From Candidatus Saccharimonadales bacterium (GTDB taxonomy: Bacteria > Patescibacteriota > Saccharimonadia > Saccharimonadales > UBA10212), in contig DASTHW010000013.1 of the NCBI GenBank assembly GCA_035717985.1, positions 7,656-71,655 on the forward strand: 64,000 bases of DNA, in the 5' to 3' direction. Each line of letters begins with the position of its first letter. The first letter of the stretch is position 1. The notes beneath the pieces were generated by a model, which searched no databases, had not been told where the DNA came from, and was given only the letters and a program-made list of their open reading frames with translations. Position numbers and translations under genes: made by a program. Shown here in pieces: positions 1 through 9,149 of this stretch.

Positions 1-1770
1 TCCGGAATCGAAAACAGCAGGTCGCCCCGGCCAAGCAGTTTTTCAGCACCGACTTGGTCGATTATGGTGCGACTGTCTACCTGGCTAACCACCGTAAAGG
101 CAATCCGAGCCGGTACGTTAGCTTTAATCAAGCCGGTAATCACATCTACGCTAGGCCGTTGGGTAGCAATTACTAGGTGGATACCGGCGGCCCGGGCCTT
201 TTGGGCAAGGCGGACTATCAAAGTTTCCACATCACGGGCGGCCATCATCATTAGATCAGCCAGCTCGTCGATCACCACTACGATGTAGGGCATGCCTTCT
301 TCTTTTTTCAGGCTGTTATATTCTCCAATATTGCGCTTGCCTACCTCGGCGAAGGCTTTCAAGCGCCGGTCCATCTCAGCTACCGCCCACTTCAGCGCGC
401 TGATACACTTTTCCGGCTCCGTAATCACCGGGCTCAAAAGGTGCGGAATGTCATGATAAAGTGCCATCTCTACCTGTTTTGGGTCAACTAAAATCAGCTT
501 TAAATCGGCCGGGCTATTGCGGTAAAGCAAGCTGGTCAACAGTGTATTAATCATCACGCTTTTACCAGAGCCGGTTTGGCCAGCAATTAGTAGGTGCGGC
601 ATGCTATCGAGATTCCCTACCACTGGTGTGCCGGCAATATCTTTGCCGATTGTGAAGCCCAGCGGGCTTTTAAGCTCGCGCCACTGCTCGCTAGCTATCA
701 GACCATGCACTGTCACCGTAGCCGCCTTAACGTTCGGCACCTCTACGCCAACTGAGCGCTTGCCGGGAATCGGTGCTTCCATACGGATGCTATTGGCGGC
801 CAAATCCAGCTTAAGATTGTCCTCTAGGGCCGTTAGTTTTGATAATTTAACTCCGGTGGGTGGCTTGATAGTGTACTGAGTGACCCGAGGGCCGACATTG
901 GCGCCCTCTACCTCAACGTTGATATTAAAGTTTTCAAAAGTGCTCTTGATAGTTTCGGCATTGGCGGCCACATTGCCGGCGTCAGCCTTATCCTGCTTAT
1001 CGTTAAGAAGGTTAAGCGGAGGGAATTGCCAATCCGGATCACTAGCTACCGTCAGGGCGGCGTGATCTTGCTCCGGCGTTAGTTTTTGGGCGGTATTACG
1101 CAGGCTGGTCATGCGCGACGGTACATGGTGCTCTACCGGCACTCCCTCATGTAGTTGAAAGCCGCTGGCCTTTTTCTTAAGGTCGGCTAGGTCCTCGCTA
1201 GCACTCTCCTCCTCGCCGGCCTCAGCTTTGGGCTTTAGGGCGCTAAACAGCTTTAAGAGCGTTTTAGGCTCCACGCTAAAGGTAAATAGTAGGGCAAAGA
1301 CTGCCAATATAAAGAAGATTAGCGACGATAAAAAGCGCCCCAAGGCCCCTTCAACTGCCTTGCCAACAGCCTCGCCAACCACGCCGCCATGACCGCCGAT
1401 TAGAAGGCCGGTAGCCGCATCGGTGTGTAAAAAGGCGGTATAAAGCCAGCTAGCTAAAAACAACCACAGGGCGGCGATACCTAAAATTTTGTGAAACGGC
1501 GTACGCTGATCTTCACTGGCAAACTTCAAACCGCCCAAATAGATTAGGGTTATTGGGGCAATTACACTGGCCGCGCCAATCGCCCACCAAAAGCCGTTCC
1601 AAAGATCATGCGGCACTGGCGCTCCGATAAAGGCTCCAAACAGTAAAACAATCCCTAAAATAATTAAAACTACAGCTCCAAAACCACGCCAAAAGTTACT
1701 GCTCGGTTTTTTGAGCTCAGTTTTCTTTTTAGCGCCCCTGGGTCTGCCTGGTTTTCGTTTTTTAGCCATG
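1..1770 (-). CDS. ftsK: DNA translocase FtsK/SpoIIIE (gene 5' end present; C-terminus runs off the window start)
   Basis: The minus-strand frame is open from the ATG at 1768-1770 to the window edge, so it is absent from the ORF track (no stop in window). Translation starts MAKKRKPGRPRGAKKK, followed by N-terminal TM helices and Walker A LIAGQTGSGKSVMINTL (revcomp of ~541-600), then the DEL/AD motifs of the FtsK motor. Confidence 0.85.
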
Positions 1771-1796
1771 CCTAATCATTATAACCTGTTTTAGAG

Positions 1797-1819
1797 GCTA
1801 ACCTATCTGGTAGGTTAGC
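1797..1819. promoter_or_regulatory. perfect 9-5-9 palindrome GCTAACCTA-tctgg-TAGGTTAGC between the ftsK promoter and start codon (candidate operator)
   Basis: Read directly from the sequence. It lies downstream of the -10 and upstream of the ATG, an operator-like placement. Confidence 0.4.
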
Positions 1820-1826
1820 TGTTGTA

Positions 1827-1856
1827 ATTATAACATGATTATGCTTGCTCTGTCAA
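1827..1856 (-). promoter_or_regulatory. sigma70-type promoter for ftsK (TTGACA-17-TTATAAT on minus strand)
   Basis: Revcomp of 1827-1856 reads TTGACA gagcaagcataatcatg TTATAAT. It sits ~60 nt upstream of the ftsK ATG. Confidence 0.55.
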
Positions 1857-1863
1857 ACTATAG

Positions 1864-2028
1864 CTAGCCAAAGAAGCCACTACTTTCTTCCTCGGCCTCC
1901 GACTTCTTCTCTTCAGCCTTTTCAGCTTCTTCTTTAGCTTCATCCAGTTTTTCAATTTTTTCTTCTAGCTCTTCCTTCTCCTTTTCTTTCTCTTTCTTTT
2001 TTTCTTCTAGTTCATCAGGGTCTGGCAT
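1864..2028 (-). CDS. small acidic Lys/Glu-rich protein (54 aa), hypothetical
   Basis: ATG is preceded by TATAAGGAGGAGCC (strong SD). Translation is MPDPDELEEKKKEKEKEKEELEEKIEKLDEAKEEAEKAEEKKSEAEEESSGFFG. It is below the ORF-track length cutoff. Confidence 0.4.
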   Translation of the reverse strand: MPDPDELEEKKKEKEKEKEELEEKIEKLDEAKEEAEKAEEKKSEAEEESSGFFG

Positions 2029-2087
2029 GGCTCCTCCTTATACCTTGCCTATTTAACCTTCACAAACTCGGCTCTAGCAGTAAGAAT

Positions 2088-2540
2088 TTAGTCTTTTATA
2101 TAAAGCAGGACAAAGTTTTCAACCTTAGCCGGTACAAGATTGGGAAAATAAAAATAATTACAGACAATACGGGCGCCGGATTTGGCCTCAGCTAAAATCT
2201 TCTTTTCAAGAGCCGGCATAATAGAGCGAATACCAAAAACGGTAATGATATCGTAGGGCCCTAAGTTGTGATCCCAAAAGTTGGCCTGCTCAATTTTAGC
2301 CTGGCGGGCGAGGCCAGCCTTCTTTAAACGGTCTTGGGCCAGTTTAGCCCGCTCGCTGTCAATTTCTAAACCGAGTGCTCGGGCGCCAGCTTTAGCCATC
2401 GCAATTACCACTCGGCCGTCGCCGGCGCCCAAATCGAGGCTGTTGTCACCGGCCCCCGCCTTGGCAAACTTCAGCATTATCTCCAGCCGGTCATCAGAGC
2501 TGGGCACGTAAGGAATATCATAGTTATCATCGCTAGCCAC
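2088..2540 (-). CDS. small class I SAM-dependent methyltransferase
   Basis: 150 aa with motif I LDLGAGDGRVVIAMAKAG and a Rossmann-like MTase fold pattern. Confidence 0.6.
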   Translation of the reverse strand: MASDDNYDIPYVPSSDDRLEIMLKFAKAGAGDNSLDLGAGDGRVVIAMAKAGARALGLEIDSERAKLAQDRLKKAGLARQAKIEQANFWDHNLGPYDIITVFGIRSIMPALEKKILAEAKSGARIVCNYFYFPNLVPAKVENFVLLYIKD

Positions 2541-2638
2541 TAGCTAGCAATTATTGGCCTCTTGCTATTCTTGACGCTATAAAATTTTACTCACCTGTCT
2601 AGCTACTGATAAATCTTGCCACGCCGGCATTTAATCAA

Positions 2639-2814
2639 GGACTGACGCGTTTTCGCCTGAGCGCAGTATAAGGAAAAGTTGAGCAACAGACTGAGCCGTA
2701 TATTAATACAGTGAAGGAGTAGCGCAGATTTTGACATAGTAATGCGCCAGGAGTGCCGGCGGAGTTGCCAGCTCTGCTGGCAAGCAGACCGGCGCGGCGA
2801 AAGCGCGTCAGTCG
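2639..2814 (-). ncRNA. candidate structured RNA / regulatory element closed by an 18-bp long-range inverted repeat
   Basis: GACTGACGCGTTTTCGCC at 2639-2656 pairs with GGCGAAAGCGCGTCAGTC at 2797-2814 (one mismatch), enclosing ~140 nt. The enclosed region has internal hairpins (TTGCCAGC-AGA-GCTGGCAA, CCGG/CCGG, GCGCC/GGCGC). It lies between the rnj stop and the start of the methyltransferase gene; the strand is uncertain. Confidence 0.3.
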
Positions 2815-4850
2815 ACGCGGGCGTCTTGATTCAAAAGCCGCTGGCGCATCTGAGCAAAGCGCCTTTGCTGTTCTAGGGCAATCTCTTCAGGTGACTTTTC
2901 AGCCGTGCTGTTTCCATTGCCAACGGCGGTAGTTACCTTTTCTGTCCGGCCGCCAATAATATTGACTACCGGGATAACGATAGGGCTCCGCTGGGTCCGC
3001 TCATATAGAAAGTGGGTGATGTAGTCTTTGAGTTCAGCCTTAAAGCGGTCTAAATCTACCCGCTTAAAGCGCTGGGTAACCGCCCGGCGCAGTTCGGCCC
3101 GAAAGTCATTCATCAACTGCTCGTTCTCTTTCATATAGATGAAGCCACGGCTGATGATATCTGGACTGGTTAACAGCGAGCCGGTCTTTTTATCGATGGT
3201 CAGCACTACGGCTACTAGCCCTTCTTCAGCCAGCAAGACCCGGTCTTTAATGACTACGTTAGGCACAATCGACCCGGTCTGGTCGACCAAAATGGTACCG
3301 TGCGGCACTTGGCCACTAATTTGGATTTTGTCTTTAGTGACCGAAATGACATCGCCGTTTTCAGCGTTAATACAGTTCGAGCGCGGAATGCCCTGCTCGA
3401 TAGCAATATCGATGTGCCGCTTTTTAGAGCGGTATGGCCCCCACATGGGGATGAAGAATTTGGGCTTGACCATGGCTATCATTTCGCCGAACTCTTCCAT
3501 ACTGCCGTGACCGGATACATGCAGTGGTCCGGCGCCGTCAATATCATGAGTTTCATGACGAAAGACATGCACGCCTTTACGCATTAAATCATCCACCATG
3601 ACACCAATTAGGGCGTCGTTACCAGTCTCCGGAATCGGCGTACTAGACAAAATTACGGTGTCTTGTTCTTTTAGGCTGACATGTTTGTGGTCGCCCATAC
3701 TCATGCGCACCAGGGCCGAATTGGGCTCGCCTTGGCCGCCGGTACAAACTACCACCACATCTTGATCTTTCAGCGAAGGCACGCTGGCAATCGGCACAAA
3801 TGTACCTTTTGGAATCTTCATGAAACCATTACGCACGGCCATCTCAAGAGTCGAAATCATGCTCCGGCCATCAAGCGCGATTTTGCGGTTATGATGCACG
3901 GCCGCGTTGACTATCATCTGGATACGGTTAACATTGGTCGAGAATATGGCAATGAAAATCCGGCCCGGCGCCTGCTCCATAATATTGATGAAGCTTTGTT
4001 CAAGGTTACTTTCACTGGGAGTGCGGCCCGGGCGCTCGGTTGTGGTCGACTCGCTCATTAGAACCAGCACATTATCTTTAGCTAGCTCTTTGATGCGGTC
4101 AATGTCGGTGCGCTCGTGGTCTAGCGGGTTGGGGTCCAGCCGGAAGTCGCCGGTATTTATCAGGCGGCCAATCGGCGTATCAATGGCTATCAACGTGCTT
4201 CCCGGGATGGAATGGGTTATGCGCACCAGCTCAATGTAGAACTGGCCTAGTTTTAGCCGCTCATGGGTATCTTCGTTCATAGCGACAGTTTTCAGCTCAA
4301 AGCCTTCCGGCATGGGCAAACCAAAGTTCTGAAAGATTTCCTCTACCCGGCCGATGGTAAAGCGGCTACCGTACACCGGCACACCAGGGTAATTTGGCAA
4401 AATGTGCGGCAAGGCACCGATATGGTCTAGATGTCCATGGCTTATTACAAAACCGCGTAGTTTAGATTTGATTTGGTCCAGATAGGTAGTATCACTGATG
4501 GCGTAGTTAATCCCGGGCAGGTCAACGCCTAAATCGTTACCGCAGTCAATAACAATGGCGTCATTTTGATACTCGATCACCAGCATGTTTTTACTACCGC
4601 CGCCGTCAAAACCGCCCAAGCCGATAATTTTCAGTTGGGGGCTATCATCAATGACGTTTGCCCGCTTGGGCTTAGGGCCAGCCGAGGCCGCCAGATATTG
4701 ATTGGCTTTACGGTTAGCATCAGACACAGCCTGTTTTTGAGCCCGGATGGCCGCCCCGCGGCTAAGGCTCCGCCCGCCACCGGCTGGGCGCTTATTTTTG
4801 TCGCCAGCGCCAGACTTATTTGGTTGGTTTTTAGATTGATTTTTCTCCAT
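2808..4850 (-). CDS. rnj: ribonuclease J (metallo-beta-lactamase/beta-CASP) with a basic low-complexity N-terminal extension
   Basis: HGHLDHIGALP motif, beta-CASP region and a C-terminal domain; 680 aa. The first ~65 aa are rich in Lys/Arg/Gly/Ala. Confidence 0.9.
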   Translation of the reverse strand: MEKNQSKNQPNKSGAGDKNKRPAGGGRSLSRGAAIRAQKQAVSDANRKANQYLAASAGPKPKRANVIDDSPQLKIIGLGGFDGGGSKNMLVIEYQNDAIVIDCGNDLGVDLPGINYAISDTTYLDQIKSKLRGFVISHGHLDHIGALPHILPNYPGVPVYGSRFTIGRVEEIFQNFGLPMPEGFELKTVAMNEDTHERLKLGQFYIELVRITHSIPGSTLIAIDTPIGRLINTGDFRLDPNPLDHERTDIDRIKELAKDNVLVLMSESTTTERPGRTPSESNLEQSFINIMEQAPGRIFIAIFSTNVNRIQMIVNAAVHHNRKIALDGRSMISTLEMAVRNGFMKIPKGTFVPIASVPSLKDQDVVVVCTGGQGEPNSALVRMSMGDHKHVSLKEQDTVILSSTPIPETGNDALIGVMVDDLMRKGVHVFRHETHDIDGAGPLHVSGHGSMEEFGEMIAMVKPKFFIPMWGPYRSKKRHIDIAIEQGIPRSNCINAENGDVISVTKDKIQISGQVPHGTILVDQTGSIVPNVVIKDRVLLAEEGLVAVVLTIDKKTGSLLTSPDIISRGFIYMKENEQLMNDFRAELRRAVTQRFKRVDLDRFKAELKDYITHFLYERTQRSPIVIPVVNIIGGRTEKVTTAVGNGNSTAEKSPEEIALEQQRRFAQMRQRLLNQDARVD

Positions 4851-4889
4851 ATGTTCCTTTCTTTTTAGAGATTTATAAAATTAGTTTTC

Positions 4890-5495
4890 TTAAATTTTGG
4901 CTAAAGTTAGCGGGATTTTGGCAAAATCTTCAATTAACGTCTCCCGCATGGCGCCGTTATAAAGGGCCGCCGCCGGATGAAAAAGCGGTAGGATGACCCA
5001 AGTCGCAGTTTTGTCTTCACCGCCGGCGTCTAAGCGAACTTTAATCCGCTTTGGCTGGCCGTGGCACTGACTAATTTTGAGTCCGGGAAGAAGGGTCTCC
5101 ATGCTATGCCGCCCCAGCGTCACTATCAACTTTGGATTAATGACCATCAGCTGTTTTTTCAGATAGGGCAAGAAGGCTATTTTCTCCTCGGGCAAAGGGT
5201 CGCGGTTATTCGGAGGCCGGTATTTAACGATGTTAGTTATATAAACATCTTTTCTGTCCAGACCAATGCCGGCCAGCATTTCGTTCAAGAATTTGCCGGC
5301 CGCCCCGACAAACGGCAGACCCTGCTCGTCCTCATTTTTACCCGGCGCCTCGCCGATAAATACCACTTCGGCCGAGGCGTTACCGTCGCCAAAAACCAGC
5401 TGGGTAGCAGAACTCGCCAGCTCGCTACAGACCCGGGCGTCTAAGATTTTCTTTTTAATGTCGTCTAATTCGGACTGCTTAGTTTTTACTGCCAC
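4890..5495 (-). CDS. uracil-DNA glycosylase, family 4-like
   Basis: GEAPGKNEDEQGLPFVGAAGKFLNEML and a C-terminal HPAAALYN motif characteristic of the UDG superfamily family 4/5. The 5' end overlaps pnp by 17 nt. Confidence 0.8.
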   Translation of the reverse strand: MAVKTKQSELDDIKKKILDARVCSELASSATQLVFGDGNASAEVVFIGEAPGKNEDEQGLPFVGAAGKFLNEMLAGIGLDRKDVYITNIVKYRPPNNRDPLPEEKIAFLPYLKKQLMVINPKLIVTLGRHSMETLLPGLKISQCHGQPKRIKVRLDAGGEDKTATWVILPLFHPAAALYNGAMRETLIEDFAKIPLTLAKI

Positions 5496-7623
5496 TGCTT
5501 TTAGTTAATTCTCTCTGGGCGGCTTTCATTGATAGCTGAAGTCGGCCACGGTCGTCAATGGCCACCAACTTGACGGTTACCTTGTCGCCTTCTTTAACTA
5601 CATCGCTGGGCTTTTCCACCCTCTCTTCTTTCATCTCAGAGACATGGACCAGCCCTTCTTTACCGGGCAAAATTTCTACAAAGGCGCCAAAGTCCAGCAC
5701 GCTGACAACTCGGCAATCCTCGTAGATTTTGCCAACTTCCGGCTCGGCCGTTAGGTGGCGGATGAACTGGATAGCGGCGTCAATACTCTTTTTGTCCGGG
5801 CTGGCAATCATGACCGTGCCGTCATCCTTAATATCAATCTCAGCGCCAGTTTCGGCCACAATTTTATTGATGGTCTCACCGCCCTTACCAATGACCTCAC
5901 GGATTTTATCGGGATTAATGCTAATCGCCTCAACCCGTGGCGCATATGGGCTCATTTCACTGCGCGGGCCGGCTAGGGTGCTCAGCATGTGGCGCAGTAT
6001 CTCAGCCCGGCCGCCTTTAGCCTGGGCTAGCGCCTTAGCCATAATCTCTGGTGTAATGCCGTGCACTTTGATGTCCATTTGGAGCGCTGTAATGCCCTTT
6101 TGGGTACCGGCTACCTTAAAGTCCATGTCACCGGCAAAATCCTCAGCGCCGGCAATATCAGATAGCACTACATATTTTTTGCTATCCGGGTCAGTCACTA
6201 GGCCCATAGCAATGCCGCTAACGGGCGCTTTCAAAGGCACACCGGCATCCATCAGGCTAAGACAGCCGCTACAAGTAGCCGCCATAGATGTGGAACCGTT
6301 ACTGCTCATAATCTCAGTCACGGTACGGATAGTATATGGAAAGTCTTTTTCGTCAGGAATCACGGCTGACAAGGCCCGCTGGGCTAGAGCCGAGTGGCCG
6401 ATTTCCCGCCGGCCGGGGCTACCTAGGCGCTTAATCTCACCAGAGGCATAGCCAGGCATATTGTAGTGGTGAAAGAAGCGCCTCTCTTCGTTAGCTTCCA
6501 TGGTATCAACTAGCTGGGCGTAGCTGAGCGGCGCCAGCGTGGTCACATTCAAGGCCTGAGTCGAACCGCGGGTAAAAATGCTACTTCCGTGGGCCCTTGG
6601 TAGAACGCCTACCTCACTGGACAAGGTGCGGATTTGATCGGGTTTACGGTTATCGGGCCGCAGGCCGTCTTGCAAAATAGCCCGGCGGACTTCTTTTTTA
6701 ATGGCTGAGTCAAAAGCCTCAATATACTCCGTTAAGTCGGCCTCCTCGCCCAGCTCTCCCCTGAAATGCTCGGTTAGCTGGTCTTTCAAAGCGTCAATTT
6801 TTTGACCACGCTCTTCTTGGTTGCCGCGAGTGTCGGTCAGCTTGCCGGCTAAGAATTTATCAACGGCTTTTTGAACTGATTCGTCCGGTAAGGCTAGTTC
6901 ATAATCGCGGGCTTTGGTACCCACTTTTTTAGCCAACTCCTCCTGCAGGGCAATCGCCGGCTGGATAGATTTATGCGCCAGCTCGATAGCCGAGACCATA
7001 GTCGACTCATCTACTTCACCTGCGCCGGCTTCTACCATCATGATGGCGCCAGCCGTACCGGCTACCGTTAGATCTAGATCGCTGTCAGCTAGCTCTAAAG
7101 CAGTTGGGTAAGCCTTCAGCTTGCCGTCCACCAAACCAACTCGCACCCCAGCCACCGGCCCGTCAAACGGCGCACCAGACAGCTTTAGGGCCGTACTAAC
7201 TGCAATCATGGCCGGAATATCAGACTTTAACTCAGGATCCAGGCTTAGCACCATAGCAATAGCCTGCACTTCATCACGGTAGCCTTTCGGGAATAGCGGC
7301 CGGATCGGCCTATCTATCAGGCGGCCGGCTAAAATGGCTTCCTCGCTAGGCCGGCCCTCACGCTTAATAAAGCGGCTTCCGCTAATCTTGCCAGCGGCAT
7401 AAAAACGCTCCTCATAGTCAACGCTTAAAGGGAAAAAATCCAGGCCAGGCACCGGCGGACCAACACTAACAATAGCCTCCACTACGGTGTCGCCATAGCG
7501 GACCGTTACCGCCGAGGTGGCCTGAAAAGCCAGCCGGCCGGTCTCAAGCGTCAATTTACGGCCGCAAAAGTCGCCGCTGACACTGATTATCTTTTTACCA
7601 AAGGGGTTTATGGTACTAGCCAT
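5479..7623 (-). CDS. pnp: polynucleotide phosphorylase (PNPase)
   Basis: 714 aa with two RNase PH domains, a KH domain (EVIGKGGETINKI) and a C-terminal S1 domain. Confidence 0.95.
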   Translation of the reverse strand: MASTINPFGKKIISVSGDFCGRKLTLETGRLAFQATSAVTVRYGDTVVEAIVSVGPPVPGLDFFPLSVDYEERFYAAGKISGSRFIKREGRPSEEAILAGRLIDRPIRPLFPKGYRDEVQAIAMVLSLDPELKSDIPAMIAVSTALKLSGAPFDGPVAGVRVGLVDGKLKAYPTALELADSDLDLTVAGTAGAIMMVEAGAGEVDESTMVSAIELAHKSIQPAIALQEELAKKVGTKARDYELALPDESVQKAVDKFLAGKLTDTRGNQEERGQKIDALKDQLTEHFRGELGEEADLTEYIEAFDSAIKKEVRRAILQDGLRPDNRKPDQIRTLSSEVGVLPRAHGSSIFTRGSTQALNVTTLAPLSYAQLVDTMEANEERRFFHHYNMPGYASGEIKRLGSPGRREIGHSALAQRALSAVIPDEKDFPYTIRTVTEIMSSNGSTSMAATCSGCLSLMDAGVPLKAPVSGIAMGLVTDPDSKKYVVLSDIAGAEDFAGDMDFKVAGTQKGITALQMDIKVHGITPEIMAKALAQAKGGRAEILRHMLSTLAGPRSEMSPYAPRVEAISINPDKIREVIGKGGETINKIVAETGAEIDIKDDGTVMIASPDKKSIDAAIQFIRHLTAEPEVGKIYEDCRVVSVLDFGAFVEILPGKEGLVHVSEMKEERVEKPSDVVKEGDKVTVKLVAIDDRGRLQLSMKAAQRELTKSSGSKN

Positions 7624-7757
7624 AATTCAAAAAATCCTTCCTCGCCTTCGCGAACAGGGTGCAGGTATATGGCCACTTGTGCATGTTTTAGATTTGGCAT
7701 ATATCTGAGGCTCTGGTCACGAACGGCTTATTACCTCTTTATAGCGCACAAGCTTGC

Positions 7758-7774
7758 TCCGCTAAATTAGCGGA
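7758..7774 (-). promoter_or_regulatory. hairpin TCCGCTA-AAT-TAGCGGA in the rpsO-pnp intergenic region (candidate processing/attenuation structure)
   Basis: Near-perfect palindrome immediately downstream of rpsO. An analogous rpsO-pnp hairpin is an RNase III / autoregulation site in other bacteria. Confidence 0.35.
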
Positions 7775-7789
7775 CCTGTAGTTTGGGCA

Positions 7790-8056
7790 CTACCTTCTGA
7801 TACCTAGTTTTTTAATCAGCTCCAAATATTTATCGCCACTATCTTCGGCAATGTATTTAAGCAGGCGCTTTCGCTTACCAACCAGCTGAAGCAGTGCCCG
7901 GCGGGCGGCATAGTCGTGCTTATGGGTCTTCATATGCTCGGTCAGCTCAGCAATCCGGGCCGTCATAATACCGACCTGGGCCGCCGAGGCACCGCTGTCA
8001 TCTTTAGACTTACCAAGATCAGCAATAATCTTAGCTTTTTTCTCACTAGTTATCAT
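7790..8056 (-). CDS. rpsO: 30S ribosomal protein S15
   Basis: 88 aa, HKHDYAARRALLQLVGKRKRLLKYI. Confidence 0.9.
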   Translation of the reverse strand: MITSEKKAKIIADLGKSKDDSGASAAQVGIMTARIAELTEHMKTHKHDYAARRALLQLVGKRKRLLKYIAEDSGDKYLELIKKLGIRR

Positions 8057-8098
8057 CTGTTGGCTCTTATCCTAGCACATCAGGGGTGGTTTGACAAC

Positions 8099-8383
8099 TT
8101 ATCTTAAGGCGAATGAGGGCTGGGTTTCAACTTGAACATCTTGGTCGGCGGTTTTAACGGTGGCCGCCAAGCCCTCAAGTACTATTGTCTCAGTTCTAGG
8201 TAATAATCCCGTGTGCGCCATGGCCCCTCCCATCAGATAGGTTAAGGCGATATCTCCCAGCGTCTCTAGAGGCGCCTGCGGCTCAGTTAGACGGTCGATT
8301 CTCTGCCTCTGTTGTTCGAAGACTGTCTGAATCAAGGGCTGAGGGTCATGTTCTTGATAAAACTTAACGGATTGCTCACGCAC
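8099..8383 (-). CDS. hypothetical protein (94 aa) between truB and rpsO
   Basis: GTG start is preceded by AAGGAGGT at 5-nt spacing. It is on the same strand as its neighbours, with ~42-nt spacers. No recognisable domain. Confidence 0.45.
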   Translation of the reverse strand: MREQSVKFYQEHDPQPLIQTVFEQQRQRIDRLTEPQAPLETLGDIALTYLMGGAMAHTGLLPRTETIVLEGLAATVKTADQDVQVETQPSFALR

Positions 8384-8427
8384 GACGTACCTCCTTAGCA
8401 GAACTTACTTTGGAGGTTTTTGTCTTA

Positions 8428-9093
8428 CTAGCTTATTATATCATTAAGATTAATTTTGTCAATGACTTTCGCCCGCTCTACCGCGTAGTCTCCCACCTTC
8501 GTGCGGCGAAGGGTGGATAAGTAGGCGCCGGTACCAAGTTCTTCGCCAATGTCTTCGGCCAAAGACCGAATGTAGGTGCCGGAGGATACTTTAGTAGTAA
8601 ACTCTAGCCTTGGATAACTATATTTGACCTCTGTTATTTCATATATTTTCACTTGGCGGGGTTCAATCTTTATAGACTTGCCGGCCCGGGCCGCCCTATA
8701 AGCCCTCTGGCCGTCGACCTTAACCGCACTAAAGGCTGGCGGAATTTGGCTTATTAAACCAACAAATTTATTCAAAGCCGGCTCAATTTCAGCCGGCGCA
8801 GGCTGATGAGAACTTTTTTTAGTCAATGAGCCTTCTCGATCGCCCGTTGTGCTTATGGCCCCGAGCGTAATTTCGGCCTTATAAACCTTGTCAAGCTTGC
8901 TAAATTCACCGGCCCGTTTGGTAAACTTGCCAATAACTAAAATCAGCAGACCGCTGGCCATGGGATCCAATGTGCCAGTGTGGCCGACTTTTATTTTGAG
9001 TCCGGTCTTAGCTCTAATAATCGAGCGGACTTTAGCCACCACATCATGCGATGTCCAGCCTTCTGGTTTATCGACCAGCAAAATTCCATCCAT
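8428..9093 (-). CDS. truB: tRNA pseudouridine(55) synthase TruB
   Basis: MDGILLVDKPEGWTSHDVV...GHTGTLDPMASGLL catalytic Asp motif. Confidence 0.9.
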   Translation of the reverse strand: MDGILLVDKPEGWTSHDVVAKVRSIIRAKTGLKIKVGHTGTLDPMASGLLILVIGKFTKRAGEFSKLDKVYKAEITLGAISTTGDREGSLTKKSSHQPAPAEIEPALNKFVGLISQIPPAFSAVKVDGQRAYRAARAGKSIKIEPRQVKIYEITEVKYSYPRLEFTTKVSSGTYIRSLAEDIGEELGTGAYLSTLRRTKVGDYAVERAKVIDKINLNDIIS

Positions 9094-9149
9094 GACTCTA
9101 GTTTAAGCTATAAAGACGGCTTTTAGCGTGGCTTGCAGAAGAAGTAGCC

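Noticed and set aside
4890-5495. Suspected loss of the Fe-S cluster cysteines in the family-4 UDG (CSEL instead of CxxC)
   Set aside because: Family assignment (4 vs 5) and ligand positions cannot be established without an alignment. It is not reported as a finding.
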